From assembly GCA_012295275.1 (NCBI GenBank), contig CM022665.1, positions 33,108,001 to 33,172,000 on the forward strand: a stretch of DNA of 64,000 nt, read 5' to 3'. The translations under genes were made by a program, and so were the position numbers. Source of the stretch: Chrysomallon squamiferum. Its lineage: Eukaryota > Animalia > Mollusca. Position 1 is the stretch's first letter, and each line of letters begins with the position of its first letter. This document shows positions 1-14,863 of this stretch, one piece after another. The notes under the pieces are model-generated. The model had not been told where the DNA came from and did not search any database. It saw only the letters and a list, made by a program, of their open reading frames with translations.

Positions 1-183
1 TCTAAAACAAAAATATAGTAATATATAGAAACATTTTGTAAATTTATTAATTCATTATGAAATATATTTAGAAAAAGAATATAACAGATATTTTATCATA
101 CATACATAAAGACTATCATTACATTTCAAGTATCATATAAAAACATGAAATGTGTTAAATAAAATAAAATTATGTATTCGTAC

Positions 184-299
184 CATCAAACCGACTCTGA
201 AACAGCATAGGAAAGATCCCATTTGGAGCAAGGTGATGCAGTACACATCGCAGAAACTGGCGAGCAATGCTAACACAGTTACCAGGCATCATTAGATTG
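184..299 (-). CDS. unc79: unc-79 exon 38 (last in window)
   Basis: NLMMPGNCVSIARQFLRCVLHHLAPNGIFPMLFQ. Confidence 0.92.
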
Positions 300-3200
300 C
301 TATAAAAGATGAAATTGCATTTAGGAAAGGCAAAATAAATAAAACTCTCTGAAAATTTACCATATCATAAAATATGTTGGGCAGCTATATAAATAAATAA
401 AAACTTTCATGATTAAACTTATTCAACTATAGTAAGATTATAAAACAATGTATTAATTAATTAACCTACTGTTAATTAAAGGGTTATAAAATGTCTTTGT
501 TTTCAATATAAATAAAATAATTCTATATTCAAAATTTAAAACTCACCTTTCAGTTTGCCATGAATACTGACTACTTGATGCAATACTAAAAAAATAAAAT
601 AATAACGATATAATTTATTGTTAATGCAATGGAAAAAAATTGAGTGTGTGCATGTTTAAGAGAGGTGAAAGAGAGAGAGAGAATTTGAGTGAAGCAGAGA
701 TAAACCAGATTTATTAATCATTTTCATAGCCCTATTCCTGTGAACAAAACTGTACATACCTGGAGACACATTTTAACATGTCCAGTAACATAGGTGTAGC
801 AAGAGCTGGTTCCCGATGTATGAATGTAGCAAGAACAGTAATAGCCAAACCTATTGTGTCATCATCATACTGTTCTAATACAACTCCACACTCTGTACAT
901 TTTTCTATCATGATGTTGTCTCCAAACCTAGACGCTAATTGTTTTTTAATGGCAGACTGACTTTTGGCAAGTAGTGCTGCTTTTCGATTTCTTCTCCTAA
1001 AAGAGAAAAATTGTTACTGAAATTTTGTTATTAATTGCTGAATAATAATATGTTTTCAAAAATGACTCGTTAATATTACATTAAAAATAGATTAGCCTGG
1101 TAACAAAATTTGTTCAGTGTATTTAAAAACATAAAAATTAACTATTAAACTAATCTTGAACTACTGAAATGATTCAAGATATAACAGAAGTTTGTTGAGA
1201 TGGGTTTAGGTAACCAGAACCAATTTTATTTCTCCAAAAAGTGCATTCCTATGTAGGAACATATACATTTGTGTTACTTGTATGGTATCACCTGATATAT
1301 ATATATAAGGCAAAGTTTAATTAAGCAATTTCAAAATTGTGTGTCAAACCATTCTTATTTTTCTGTATTTTACCAATAGCTTGTTTGCATTTATTTTCCA
1401 AACTTACCCTGAATGTCTGCTGGTATTTGTTCTGTCCTCTTCTTTTTCAAGACAAGTCTCATTCAACTCTGGAAATATCTTCTGTAGCTCTACTGTAGTT
1501 AAACCTGTTTTCCTAGACTTGCGTTGTCTGAAATTTGGCTTCAACACTTGTCTTGAGTTGCTGTATGTGCTGTCATCTTCAAATAATTGTATAGAATTAT
1601 AAAAATCATCGAAATAAATTAAATTAATTTTTATAGAAAATATCATTTAAATTTAGAATAACTATATGGGCTCTCTGATCATCATGTATGACTGGTATTA
1701 AAAATTTTTTAACTTTGCCAATAAATTTTTGTGTTATATATTTAAATAATTATATTGTAGCACTTTAGTATTATACAAAATAGATTTTTTTATTTTTTGG
1801 AATGATCACTGAACTTAACTGGATTGGCTTATAAATGACTTAAATCATTCTAAGTGCATATAAATTAGAAGACATTGTTTACGTGCTTACCTCTGCTGTC
1901 TTCATTTGCTCCATCACCCCCTGAGTCAGTTCCCATTGTGTGTTTTTCTGACTCACAGTCAGATGTCTGTGTCTTCTCACTCTCTGTACTCTCAAGTTCA
2001 GAGGGAGCATCACGGCTCACTTCAGACATTATACCATCACGATTACTTGAACCCTCAGTTGTACTGCTACTGGGAGCATGAGAAGAAGTCTGACTAATTT
2101 TTACTGGATCTGACTGGGATGCCTGAAATTCTTTTAGTTGTTGAGCCATTTTTCGTTCAACACTAGAAGAATAGCTAGGTAATGTCACAATGTCTTCATT
2201 CAGCTGTATGTTTGAGAAATCCACATGTATTCTCTCAGGTTCAGAAGATTTCTGAAATAGAGTGGGAAGGTTAACATTTAAATATATGTGTAATCTCCAG
2301 AAGAGTGCCTTTAACCTATTCATCCATTACTCATTACTAGAAAATAATCATGACTACTGAAATTGAGTCTTGTTAATGGTATATTTTCTTCCCATGTCTA
2401 TTAACAATTAATGAAGAGACAAAATATTCTTTAAAAATTTTAGAACAAAAAGAAAATCATAAAAATACTTCTGATAATTCAATCCTCTTTGTAAAATCTT
2501 TTGAATCATCATCTGCTGATTCTGGTTCAGAATAATCAGCTAGTCTTCTTAGTTGCACTTTTGCCACTTTATTTGCTCCATCCTTTCTTGCACCTGGTAG
2601 TGTTGGTGTGCTTTCTACATCAGACAGAACACCCTCACTGCTATCAGCACTATTGTTCTGTCCCTTCAAGTACTTCACAACACTAGACTTAGGAATGGAT
2701 GAAATTTGGATGGTTGCTTTGTCTTCCTTTATTGGTTTTGAGGTCAGAGGACTCTGTGGAGGGGTGTCTGTTTCTTGAATATTTTCAAGATCATTTGCAG
2801 ACATTTTGCTAGGATCTGTATTATATATTAAATTAAATGAAAAGTTATTTTTATTCAGTCTACAGTTTAAGTGAAAATTATACAAATTCAGCTGGGTCTT
2901 GTCTATTCAGAATCCTGGAACCTAATATAAATATAAATAGCATCTTTATTCAAAATCATTATTGTTTGTTTAAAACAAATTTTTTTTAAAAGATCTTTAT
3001 CATAATCCTCAGCTGAATCAGAATTACCTGAGTTTTGGCAATTGCCATGTATCTTTGGCTACAACAATCTCATTGCCAGAAAGTCATTTTTGAATTAGTT
3101 AAATTCTAACATTGGTATTTCATGAAAAGTGCTATGAAATAATTCACAATGTTGCATTTATTTTATTAAAAGAGATCTTACTAAACAAAACAAAAGATAA

Positions 3201-6200
3201 AATATTAAGACAAAACTGTTTTTAAATTCAAACTGTCTTACTTCTGTCTCTCACTGTTGGACTGGGAAGAGGGAAACCATCATCTGGTATCTTACACTTG
3301 TGGTTTTGAGCATCTATAGTGTTCACCACCAGTTGTACCAATGTCTGAATGATAGCAGACACTGGAGAGGTACTGATTTGGTACTGAAAATAATATGCAT
3401 CAACACTTTAGTTTACATATCCTAATCTGATCCCTTACCAATAATTTTTATTCATTTTCAAATTATAATTTATTTTAAACTATCTGGAAAAAAGTTTAAC
3501 TATGTAAAGATTAACTGATTCAATGACATTTAAAAAGAAATGCTTTAAATCTTAATTATTTATAGCAAAATGTACAAAAGAAAATATAATTTAATAGGTT
3601 CTTATGTATTTAATTATTAAGAAATAACAATTACCTTGTATAATATTACCAACAATGTCTGAAGCCATGACAGTCGTGTGTGAGGCTCCAGATACCACAG
3701 TGTATAGTTGGGTGGTTGATAATCAGAGGCATATCGCTGTGGTGATGGACTATACTGTAACAGCAGCAGTGTTATTGGCAGAACTATATTCCCAAGCTGG
3801 AAATTACAATCCAGAACCTGTGACGAGAAATCAGTTTCTTTGGCCATCTCTTTACATGTAATCTGAGTACTAAACTAGTGAGAGATATACCACAGTTGTA
3901 TAACATTAAACAAAGATTAGTTTGGAAAAATCAGAATAAAATAAATCTTTAACAGTTTTCCAAGAACTGACATGTCTTTTAATAATAACTACACCAAAAG
4001 TATAATAGTAAAAATATTTATTTGTAATATTTTCTAAAAGTATTAAGTATTACTTACAAATGATACACCACTTAAAAATGCATTAAAGACGGCAGAAGAT
4101 CTGAAATTTAGAAAAGTTTAAAGGTTTAGGAAATTTGTTTTTATTTTTCATTATTATTCATACTTAACTCAAATTTCAGCCAGTCTGGTCTTCCACTGCA
4201 GGAAATTGTAAACACTATCCACTGACTGATTGTGGATGGCTTGATACATATATTAATATTAACAAACATGAGACTTTGAAATTTTCTTTGATGATTCATT
4301 AATCTTCTTTTAATAATAACTTTTGTTTCTGTTTTTTTTTTAGATTAAACATTCAAATAGTTAGTGTTGATTATTCTGTAAATTACACAACATACCTAAG
4401 AAACTGAATTATTTTATCTACCATAACTACAGCACTGACATATATGTAATTTTACTTCATACTGTCATTACTTTGCATTATGAAATATAAAAGATATGTA
4501 TTAAATATTTTGTTATTATAGAATGGCTATGCTAATTACCTTAGTTTATACGGAGGAACACTAAAAGATTTCTCTGTCTGATTGTAACCAAGGAGAACAT
4601 TCAAATGTCGTAGAACAATACTCTACAAAATAAATTATATTTAGGTATTAGTAATTTTTTCCACAGTAAAATGTTCTAAAACAGAACATAATGGCAAGAG
4701 TTTGTAATGTGGCAAAAAAGACAAAAATATCAACTTCCAATGAAGTAAAGGAAATAATAAGTATGCAAATATTTTCCAAACCTGTGTTTTTTTCTCTTCT
4801 TTTTCTTCTGATATCTCATCATCCTCTTTCACATTTACCATAAACTGCAAAAGACAATGATAATTATCACCATTAATTTTATTGTGTGAAAAAAGCAGCT
4901 TTCAGAAAGATTGACAAACACAGAAACTAAGAATAATGAAATACTACTAATATATGTTCTAAAACATGTCATATATATTCATTGTATCTATTTCTCTTTC
5001 TCTTACTTTCATAAGCAAGGCCACCAACAGATAGACTGTATCCCTGTCAACTCCATCAAGGTCCATAGCTCTCTGCAGTAGAGCAGTGAAATTGCTTTCT
5101 TCATCTGTAAATTCTTTCAATTGGCCACCTTAAATGAAATCTTATTTTATGTTTATTGCATCAGGATTTTTAAAATGATAATATACTGTTTAAAATAATG
5201 GGATATTCCATTTCAAATATCAGTAATTATAAAACGAGATCAGATGTAAAAAAGCTAAATAAATGCATAATGTGACACTGCCTGTACAAGGTTTGAAATT
5301 TAAAACTAACAGTTTGTGTACACACTGTGACAATATTCTTTCTTATAAATCATTACCTTGCTGTCACATTTTTTTTCCATAATGTATTATTTTAGGACCA
5401 TTTCTTATGGACTCAGAGGCTGAGAAATCAAGGTCAGTCAGCCATTCAAAAGTAGCCATGACAGACCTCAATGACACAACTGGTGTTACATGCTACAAGA
5501 CTGACGAGTGTGTACTTGGTGACATCCCAGTGAAAAATATGCCAACATCAATGTTTGTCACAAATGATTTGAAAAAGTGTGATTTATGGTGTATGCCAGA
5601 AGTCAACTGCATACTGTTCATGGGAGTGTCACTGGGCAGTCAGATCTATATGTGTTTGGTGACTGCAAGGATTTTACTGACTACTAATGCAATTATTAAA
5701 AACATCAAATATGCAAGCATCACTCCTGTTGCCTATCATTGACTCCTCAGGACCTTTAATACCAGTGCTTTATATTCTGAGTCTTTGTGTTCGTACATTA
5801 TTATTACAATCCATATGAAAAGATTCTGTAATTTGTGTTATGTTTGAATGTCTCCTATTAAGTTTGAACAGTTAATTTGATATTCAATAAAAAAGTAAAA
5901 ATGTAATCATTTCTACCACTCAGAATTCATAATAGAAAATGTTTTATTAATTAGTAATATTCTGAGTTAGGAGATTGAGGTTGGTTATCATGAAATTAAC
6001 AACTCCAAGTGGCATTTCAAATGTTGCATTATCCAAACAGAATCAGGTGTTTACCCAAAGTTCTGTAAGACTGTAAAATTTACCTGGAAATGTGGATGTA
6101 CCAAAAGAGCCCAGATTTAGTTTTGACCCCATTCTTCGTCCTAGTGTGAACTGTGGTGCTGACTGCTGACGGATACATGATTTTTCTGTATCAACTAAAA

Positions 6201-9200
6201 AAATGCATTGTACAAGTTATTTAAAATAGAACTGATAATATTTACTAACCTTTTTATTGTTTTTAAACCTATAGTAAAGAGGAATGGGAAAGCCGATAAC
6301 AGATACATTCATACATATATACTGAATTACAAATAGACTAATGAATCTTTTATTAATTAAAATTCAAAAACATGTATATTTAAAATGATAGAATATCTTG
6401 TGGCATAAACAATAAAAAGAAAATTCATTTTATTTTATTTTTAATTTTTGTGTTCCTAGTGTCATATTCTTTGGAATCTGACTGGTATGTTGCTATGGTA
6501 ATATTAATCAGGTTTAAAGATTTTTTAAAATAAAATGAAATGATTATTTTTCTGTATGTTAAATATGCAAACTGTTAAAGATTACTACAGTCTTTAGTCA
6601 AATATTTATTAAAAAAAAAAAAAAAAAAAAAGTTTACAAAATAATAAAATAATGTTTTTAAATATCTATGGATACAGTACAGAACTAGCATATATATATT
6701 TATGCATACTTACTGGACATGCTTTGTTTGTTTGTATTCATGTATACATTATAAATTTAAATTGTATGCTAAAACCCAGTATAATAAAAATGTTTAAATA
6801 CTAATAATATAATCTAGTTAAGGTTTTTGTGAATCGAGTTTTTGGAAAAAAAACAAAATGCATTAGTTTTACGAACTGAACTCAATAATCTGAAAACGAA
6901 AATAAAAAAAATAAAAAATAATAATCTTATTAAATCATTGCTGTGAATTTTCTGTTGTTTATCCATTTTTAAGTAAAATACAGAAATAAAAGTTTCAAGA
7001 TAATTAATTAGTGGATTAATAATAGCTATTAAAGAAAACTATAAATAAGAGAGATAAAATATTTTGTGGAAAGCATAATTGCATTCAGTGCAGAAAATAA
7101 ATCAATTATTAAATAAAAAATTGATTTTATTTCTCTGAACCTAATTATCAAATTTCATCAACAAAAAGTAGAATAAAATTTTTCCCTGTAAATATCCAAT
7201 TACTAGTCAAAATATACCATTATTTTCAAACAATAGCCATAATGAAAACAATTCTACATATCTGTAACCAAGTGACTTTAACACCACTATAAATTTCAAT
7301 ATTACTTTTTGGCACTGGAATTCCTTTGGCCAACAGATGTAGAGGAACAGAGACAGCTCGTCTGTACGGAGGCTTCCCCTTCATACTCTGACTCAGTGAC
7401 CTGACACTGTCAGTTCTAGCTAGGGCAAAACGAGCTCGGTTTAACTTGCGCAGAAAATGTTCACTCTGTCTATCACTGCTTGTCAGATCTAAACCAAACA
7501 TAGTTAAAACTGGTAAAGATTCTTCTACAAACAGGTGAATGTTTTAATTTTACTTAAATTACAACAAAACAAAATATATTACCATCCAAAAATATCTTGA
7601 AAACAATCAAATATTCATTTTAAATAATATTATTTAAATTTAGATACAAAATGTATTTAGTCATTTTTAATTGCATGCTGTATTAAAACACTAATCCCTT
7701 GATAAGTATGATTAATTAAACAACAATAATCAAAGTTAAGAACAAATGGCAATAATGTTAATGAATCTTGGAAAATGAAAAAACCCAATTTATTCATATC
7801 TCTTGGGGAAACAATTATGCAGACAGGAGATGGTTTCAGCCTCATATGGTCATCTGCCTGCCATATAGAAATTTTATCATGTACCCTAAATGTTTAGGGA
7901 TGATAACAATAAAGTTGTGTGCAATAATCAAATGGGCACTAATCAAGGGATTATTGTAATTTATTCTGATGTACAGAATACATGACAAAAAAAGCTTAGC
8001 TTTTTATCCTATATGAATGCATGTTGAATAGAGAAATTTACATAATATACATACCAGAAGTAACCCTACTGTCAGATTGTTTCTCTACACAATCAATATC
8101 TGAAAACACAGTGCAGAAACCAACTGCATTATGTTGTTTTAACTTTAATATAATTTCATATGCAGTGAATGACCAGTGATTCAAATGAATGTTAATTAAT
8201 GATACTAACAGCTTAATGAGCTAGACAGAACAAACACAAATTGTAACAACATTACTAGGCTCATCTTTCATAACATACAGTGAGTGAGAAAATTTGGTAT
8301 ATCACTCAATAAGCTATATTAAAATTAAATATTGATAAGCATAACAATAACATTTCATATCATATAACATATAAGGTAAATGTTATTTCTGTGAAGAAAA
8401 AAGCAATACATGTTTTGATATTCATATTCTATCCAAAAAATTAAATTCGAAGTAATATTTTCACCTAAACATTAGTGTTATTCATTCAGAATTTTTTTTC
8501 TCAAAAATTTGGTATTACTTTTTGAAATATATTATTTACATGAAATCAGATACAGAATTAAAAGAAAAATTAGTACAATTCACAGTTCCTTCTTAATTTA
8601 CAGAGCTTTCAAATTGTTTTTGAGTTGGAAGGATTAGGTTATAAAGCAGCAGGGATAGTTTTCAGTGTTTTTGACCATGTTCTCTATGTTCTTCTTTTCA
8701 ACCTCTCACTTGACTTTGAAGACTTTTCACTTGATATACAGGAATTGCACAGTAGTGCACCCATGCAGCTTTGTTGGAGTACTGAATCAGACCTTATTAT
8801 GTTGAACTTGCTTGAATTGATATTCTATTTTTGTCTATGTAACAGCCAGTCTTGGCTGAAATGTGTATAACTTTCAGGGGTTTTTTTTCTTCTGTATTGA
8901 TGTGTTGATATTTATATTCTGCTGATATAAATAAAAATTATAAAATAGTAAGTATAGTCAATGCTGTGACATTATAATGAGAATGAAACCAAGTAGATAT
9001 ATTTTTAATTGGTATTCATATTGGTTAAAAAACAAAGTTATATAAAACACTGAGCAACGTAATAAATGGTCTTGTTAATCTTAAAAGAAAACATGTAACG
9101 CCAGTAGTTGACATGATTATTACAGTAAACAACTATGCACATGATGTACAACTTCGTTAAAATGTGGTGTAGTAACATGGCCTCATATTAAAGAAGGATT

Positions 9201-12200
9201 CCTTTGTCTTGATTGTTTGTCTGACAATTACCAAAGAAGAGATCTCTGTATTTCTTTGGTGATATGAAAGTTATTTAAGACCTGTAAACCATTTATTTAC
9301 TTTTGATGTATTCATGCCAATACCTGTCGCAACATACATTATTAAGAGACTTTGTGAATTAGATCTATATATGGTAAAGTCCTGATAACACAAAATTGGT
9401 AGAGGCCACCTGGGGTACCTGCCTTTGTGAGTCGATTCATGTGACATGGGTCTGCACAAACACCAAAACACTTATCTCCTTTTCGAATTAGAATAAATGA
9501 TGACAGCCATTGACTAATGGTTCCAAAATGTTGGATTTAGCCAATAGATATGTTATCAAATCAGAATGGCATTTTGGTTTCAAGCACACATCCTGAATTA
9601 AGATATTGGTAACTCTTAGCCTTGGTCTAGCTTATTTGTTTGCTTTGTTGCCTGCCACAACCTGCCTCTAACTCTCCTTATACAAGTAAACAGGTTTTCA
9701 GAATTAACCTTATCTAACAACTATCTTTTACAAGTTTGAAAGGGCACTGGTTTGAATGCCCACAGACCAACTCAAATGGGGTTAACCCTAAGGATTTTGG
9801 TTTGGCATCACAAGCTGGAAACAATATGAAAAAAATGGACTGGCTTTCAAAGTGAAATTGAGCAGAATGAATCTGTTGGATATTTAAAATAGAGAGTATT
9901 TGCTAGTTCAGCTTACTTATAAAAACAGTACCAGTTGCTTTGAATTTCTGCTGGTAAATCCATGTATGTGAAGTATTTGCAACTGATGCATTAGCTTTCT
10001 TTAAGGGAGTTGCCTTTGGAAAATGCACAGCTGAACGCCTAATTGTTAATAAAAATGTATTGTCTGGACAATTTTTCAGCAATGGCCTCATTACATCTAT
10101 CAACACTTTTGACAAGGCTTCCCTAACTGCAGGAACTTTCTGCAGAGGATAGAGAAGAATCTGCTGACAAATATGACATGACATACAATGCTTACTTACA
10201 TCAGCAAACATTTCCTTCCAATAAAACTCTGATGCAAGCTTACTATGAATCTTATAAGGGCAAGCAAACACATGCTCATGTGTCAAGGTAACAATGCTTG
10301 TTGTATTTAGAGGGCACCATTTCTCAACATCTTATCCCGCACCACTTTATCCACATTCTTATTCATTAATACTCTCTTATCCTCAGTTAACACTGTCGTG
10401 TAAGCTGCCAACAAATCTGAATCAGGGTCCTGGTCCAGAATTAACTTAAGGTAATGTCCCTCTATCAAACATAATTGGTTCATTGACCTAGAAGGAAGAT
10501 TTATGGGTTTTTCAGTTGATTTATATACCATTTTACCAATAACCTCATCCACTCCAAACTCATAAATAAGAATATATCTGACAAATCACAAATATCCTCT
10601 GGATGTCGTGCTACCATTCTGGCCATAGCCTTGATCACTACACAAGCAGGATATCTACTATCTAGTCTCACCAAACTCAGTATCTTGGTAATGGCTTATC
10701 ATCAATTATCAATTGGTTATTCTATGTTAGCAACAATGATGAGTCAAAACATTACCCAACAAAACTAATGTTTTCAAAAGGCAAGTCCTTAACAACAGGC
10801 TGTTACAAATGGTCCTGTCACAAATTACAGACACAAAAAAAAACAATTGTTATTGGACAAACACATTCTACCACCATAACTGAGGTTAATGACAAACTAC
10901 ATCCTGTATCTTAATTCTCAGTATCAGCTAAAAACTCAGATACTATAAAAGCCTGTAGGAATTCTGTATTCCAGTTAATTGAAACTGACTTAATGACCCA
11001 ACTCCTGATTCACATAACAAACCATACTAATGGACAAAAGCGTTTACGTTTTCTTCAAAACCAGTAACTCTTTCTTTCTTAATTTCCCTCATAATGCTCA
11101 CAGATTTTAGCTGATGCTATATAATTTTCTTGATCACCCATGATGTCTTTTAATTTTGCCTTAAGTGCTAGTGAGCATATCCACTGAATTCTTATCCATG
11201 TTAAGATATAAAGCACTAGATATAATATTACTAAGTGAACAATGATGCTACTTTTAGTGAATTTGTAGTAAAAATTTATAAGACCCCCATTTGGAAATAA
11301 AATGTATAATATGCATGTCTCTGTCTGAGATGCTGAACAAGTACCCCAATTTATTATTTTATTCTGTCAAAGGGATCCTATCCAGATATGAGTAATTGAC
11401 TTCACAATAAGTTACTGTGGCAATTGAAACAGAAACCCATAATGGACATACACTAATAATCCAAAACGTTCTCTTAAAAGCAGGTACATTAGATCTCCCT
11501 GTACTGGGTAAACTACTAGCCAAGTTGGCTTGACTTGAGGAATAAACAGAAATTAAGATATTTATATATATATATATAACTATTTAATTAGCATTAGTTA
11601 ACCAGAAACAAAGTAAAACAATATTCTTCTGAATCTGTATTAATGTACAGTTGACAAATTACAACAGTAAAATATTTAAATAACAATATATATTTGTATT
11701 AATGTTAAATTCACACAAACTTACAAGTACTCATTATAATGTATTACAACAGTGAAACCTACAATTTATTTAGAAAGACTCCTAGAGACAGTCTCTGAAA
11801 ATATTGGTATACTATATATTAAACATAATATATTTTGTCAGAACAGTCACTTCAAGGTTAAACAAAACAATAAAAATGACAAATGTTCTCCCCTGTGATT
11901 CCAGCAGTTTTCTTAGTGGTCTCTAATCTCTGGCTATTAATGCCCAAAGAGCAGACTGGCCGGGAGACCACGTATTTAGCATGGAGACAAACTAGCTACC
12001 ATTTCAGTTAAAAAGAAAGGCTATTTAATAAACAAGTGTCTAGCAGGTGTTATACACAATCAACCTGATGAACAACATCAGCTGTCTCAGAAGAACACAC
12101 CACTGTCAGGTGACATTAGGTAATCTAACTGGTCTATAGTAACCAGCTCTGGAGGCCTCAGTAGACAGAAATTATGCCAACCACTCACTTAATCTGAAAG

Positions 12201-14831
12201 CCCTGAGTTTATATTTGTAAACTTCAGCCAAAACTATAATGATTCACTTTTTAAGAGATTTATTACTTATTTAGCTTTTAATAATCCCTCATTATTATGA
12301 TAATAAATCTTGTAATCCATGGCCATACACACATGTAATCAGAAACTGAAATAAAAATCCTATGAACTTCCAGTTATAAATGCCTTTTTATATCTATTTT
12401 CATAAATCCAGAAGTAATCTGTAACTTAACAATAATGAACTAAGAACAAAGTAAACAATAAACGTCTTAAATATCTATTAACGATAGATGTTGTATTTCT
12501 TAGACGTAATATACTTTTTGGCTTATTAAACATTACCTGATGGTATATAAATACATAATAATAACATTTTTCACACATTCTATTGTTTGTGAGATCAAAT
12601 TAATATTTACTGTCTATTACAGACTAAAATTCATCTAAACACTAATGCAGTTTGACAACATACAGACATACACCAAGATAGGGAGAGAAAGAAAAAAAGT
12701 GTAACTGAAAACAAAAATCTTGATAAGCTTTGAAATAGTTCTAAAAAATGTAAAACATTACTGAAAATAGTTATTTTAAAAGAAACGAGTGGACCAAATA
12801 TTATTTTACAACATTATGTTTTTAATTATGGTTTAAATTACAGATGAAACATAATAAATCAATGAATAAAAATATAATGATATGATGAGTGATGCTTGTT
12901 CTTGATGTGAGCAGAAACAAGACAACAAGGTGTGTGCTAGGAAGAATGAAATTTGAACTAACATGCCCTTAAATGGAAGGGAAGGAGGGATAAAAACCTG
13001 TGAGATAAGCTATATCACCACTGCTTTCCAAATCTATTTGAGCCTCCAGTGACAATGTATCAAACCGATTCAGGAAAAATTTCCAGGTTAAAATCTGATC
13101 ATTTGGCAACACTGAAGATAACAACAGCATTCGGTGAAGAATCATTCCACGATCATTTATGACACTGTCAAACTGAAATTCCAAACACTGACATAGACAC
13201 TGAAATATATGATAAATAGCACAAATATTAATAATTTTGACTAGTAGGAATTATCAAATATGTAAATTTATTTTTAGACATTAAATTAATGTATATCTAT
13301 CAATGAAGTTTATATAAAAAATATAAGGCTATTCAGAGGTTTTTTAAAATACATCACATATTTAAGATATAAGACATAAGAAAATTAGAAAAATTTATCT
13401 TTCACTTTATGAAACTATGAACCAAATAAATTAGGTATTTTAAAATTCATAACTGCAAGAAACAAAAACTATCAAATAAATCCCACCAACATCACATTTC
13501 ACAGATAGTAAAACTGTATTATGTTTTCTGGAGTCATCAGGAGCTTGTCTTACATAAAGTAGTCTATATTCCTAAGTTTAATATCATTACTGGAATTTAG
13601 GTGAGACTAATACTTAAATTGTTTTTAAATTCACATTATACATACTCTGAGTGCTACTGGTCTTATTGTCTCAAGAAACATGGTTGCTTTCTGGGCAACT
13701 GCTGCATTGATGTCCTCCACTGAACCAATAAGATGACAAAATGCATGTGACAAATTTGTCTGTATCACTTGATTCTTACTAATAGAATCTGTATCCAAGT
13801 AACGAGCCAGAACTGTAACCTTTTCTACTGAAATTGTTAAATAATATAATGAACTGGACATTTTGAGAAAAAAGAAGAAAAAATATAAATATAGAAGAGA
13901 AAACATTAAAAAATAGTATATTTCACAAACAGAAATACTTTTTAAAAAACAGGTATCATAGAATTTTATTTACTTTTATATCTTTTTATATCATTTGAAA
14001 AAGGAATGTCAGGTGATACAAAAACTGTTTCCTTAATAAGGACAATACATTACATGTATGATTGACATTTAATAAATAATAATAAAATTTATCATTAAAC
14101 AGTGATTTACTTTTTAATTATTTATTGGGCCAGATCAACATGAAAAATAAAGGTAGCACTGTTTTTGATTAATTCTGTCCACTGGAATGGATATTTTGAT
14201 ATCAAGTTCCTCTTGTATAGAAAATGTTCTTGTAATTAAAACAATAATTATAAATTTTAATTCAAGTTCAACCTATTATACTAGAACTTTTTTACCTTCA
14301 AAAAACCAATAGTCATAAAAAACATCAGCTTGCCATCCACTGTCACATTTATATTGTGTATGAAGACAACTACGTTTTGTGTTGTCCTGGCATATGGTTT
14401 TTATTTGTTTGGAACAAAAGTGAAATTCAAAGACAATATTTAGGTATGTGTACATAGATTTATTAACCACATGATTATGTGCCATTTTGTTCACCTTTAA
14501 GAATGTATATATGTTATGTATTTCAAATGAAATGAAATACTGGGCTCAAATGTCACCCATTGAAAATACGACATTTTGTTTCAACCCCATATTCAATTCA
14601 CAGTAATCATCATTAACTGATTAAGCTAACAAAATGTTAATATAGCAATTAATGGGACCCAAACATTAATCTATTTTCCTCCAGCAGTAATGTTTTAAAT
14701 ATGCAACAATGGTAAATTCCTACACCATATATGAGTAAACTAAAAATACACTCAAAGGTCTTAGAATATGCCATGAATTTCCACAAGATCATTTTGTTAA
14801 CTGCAGATTTAAAAAAATTAAATTAAATAAA

Positions 14832-14863
<32 letters not shown>

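Noticed and set aside
5407-5742. 111-aa plus-strand ORF in an unc-79 intron
   Set aside because: No convincing family match; only a faint resemblance to a LINE endonuclease motif (CDLWCMPEV), likely decayed TE
6250-6268. 19-nt AG...GT segment upstream of exon 26
   Set aside because: Frameshifting and low complexity; exons 25 and 26 already join in phase
6489-6502. RFX X-box-like GTTGCTATGGTAAT
   Set aside because: Deep in an unc-79 intron, far from any TSS, and imperfect
8600-8925. Exon-like, GC-richer stretch and 81-aa plus-strand ORF in unc-79 intron 24
   Set aside because: All minus-strand frames from plausible acceptors hit stops, with no recognisable homology; an alternative terminal exon cannot be fully excluded
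12463-12507. Short imperfect hairpin (acgtct...atctat/atagat...agacgt)
   Set aside because: Too short and AT-rich to support an ncRNA call
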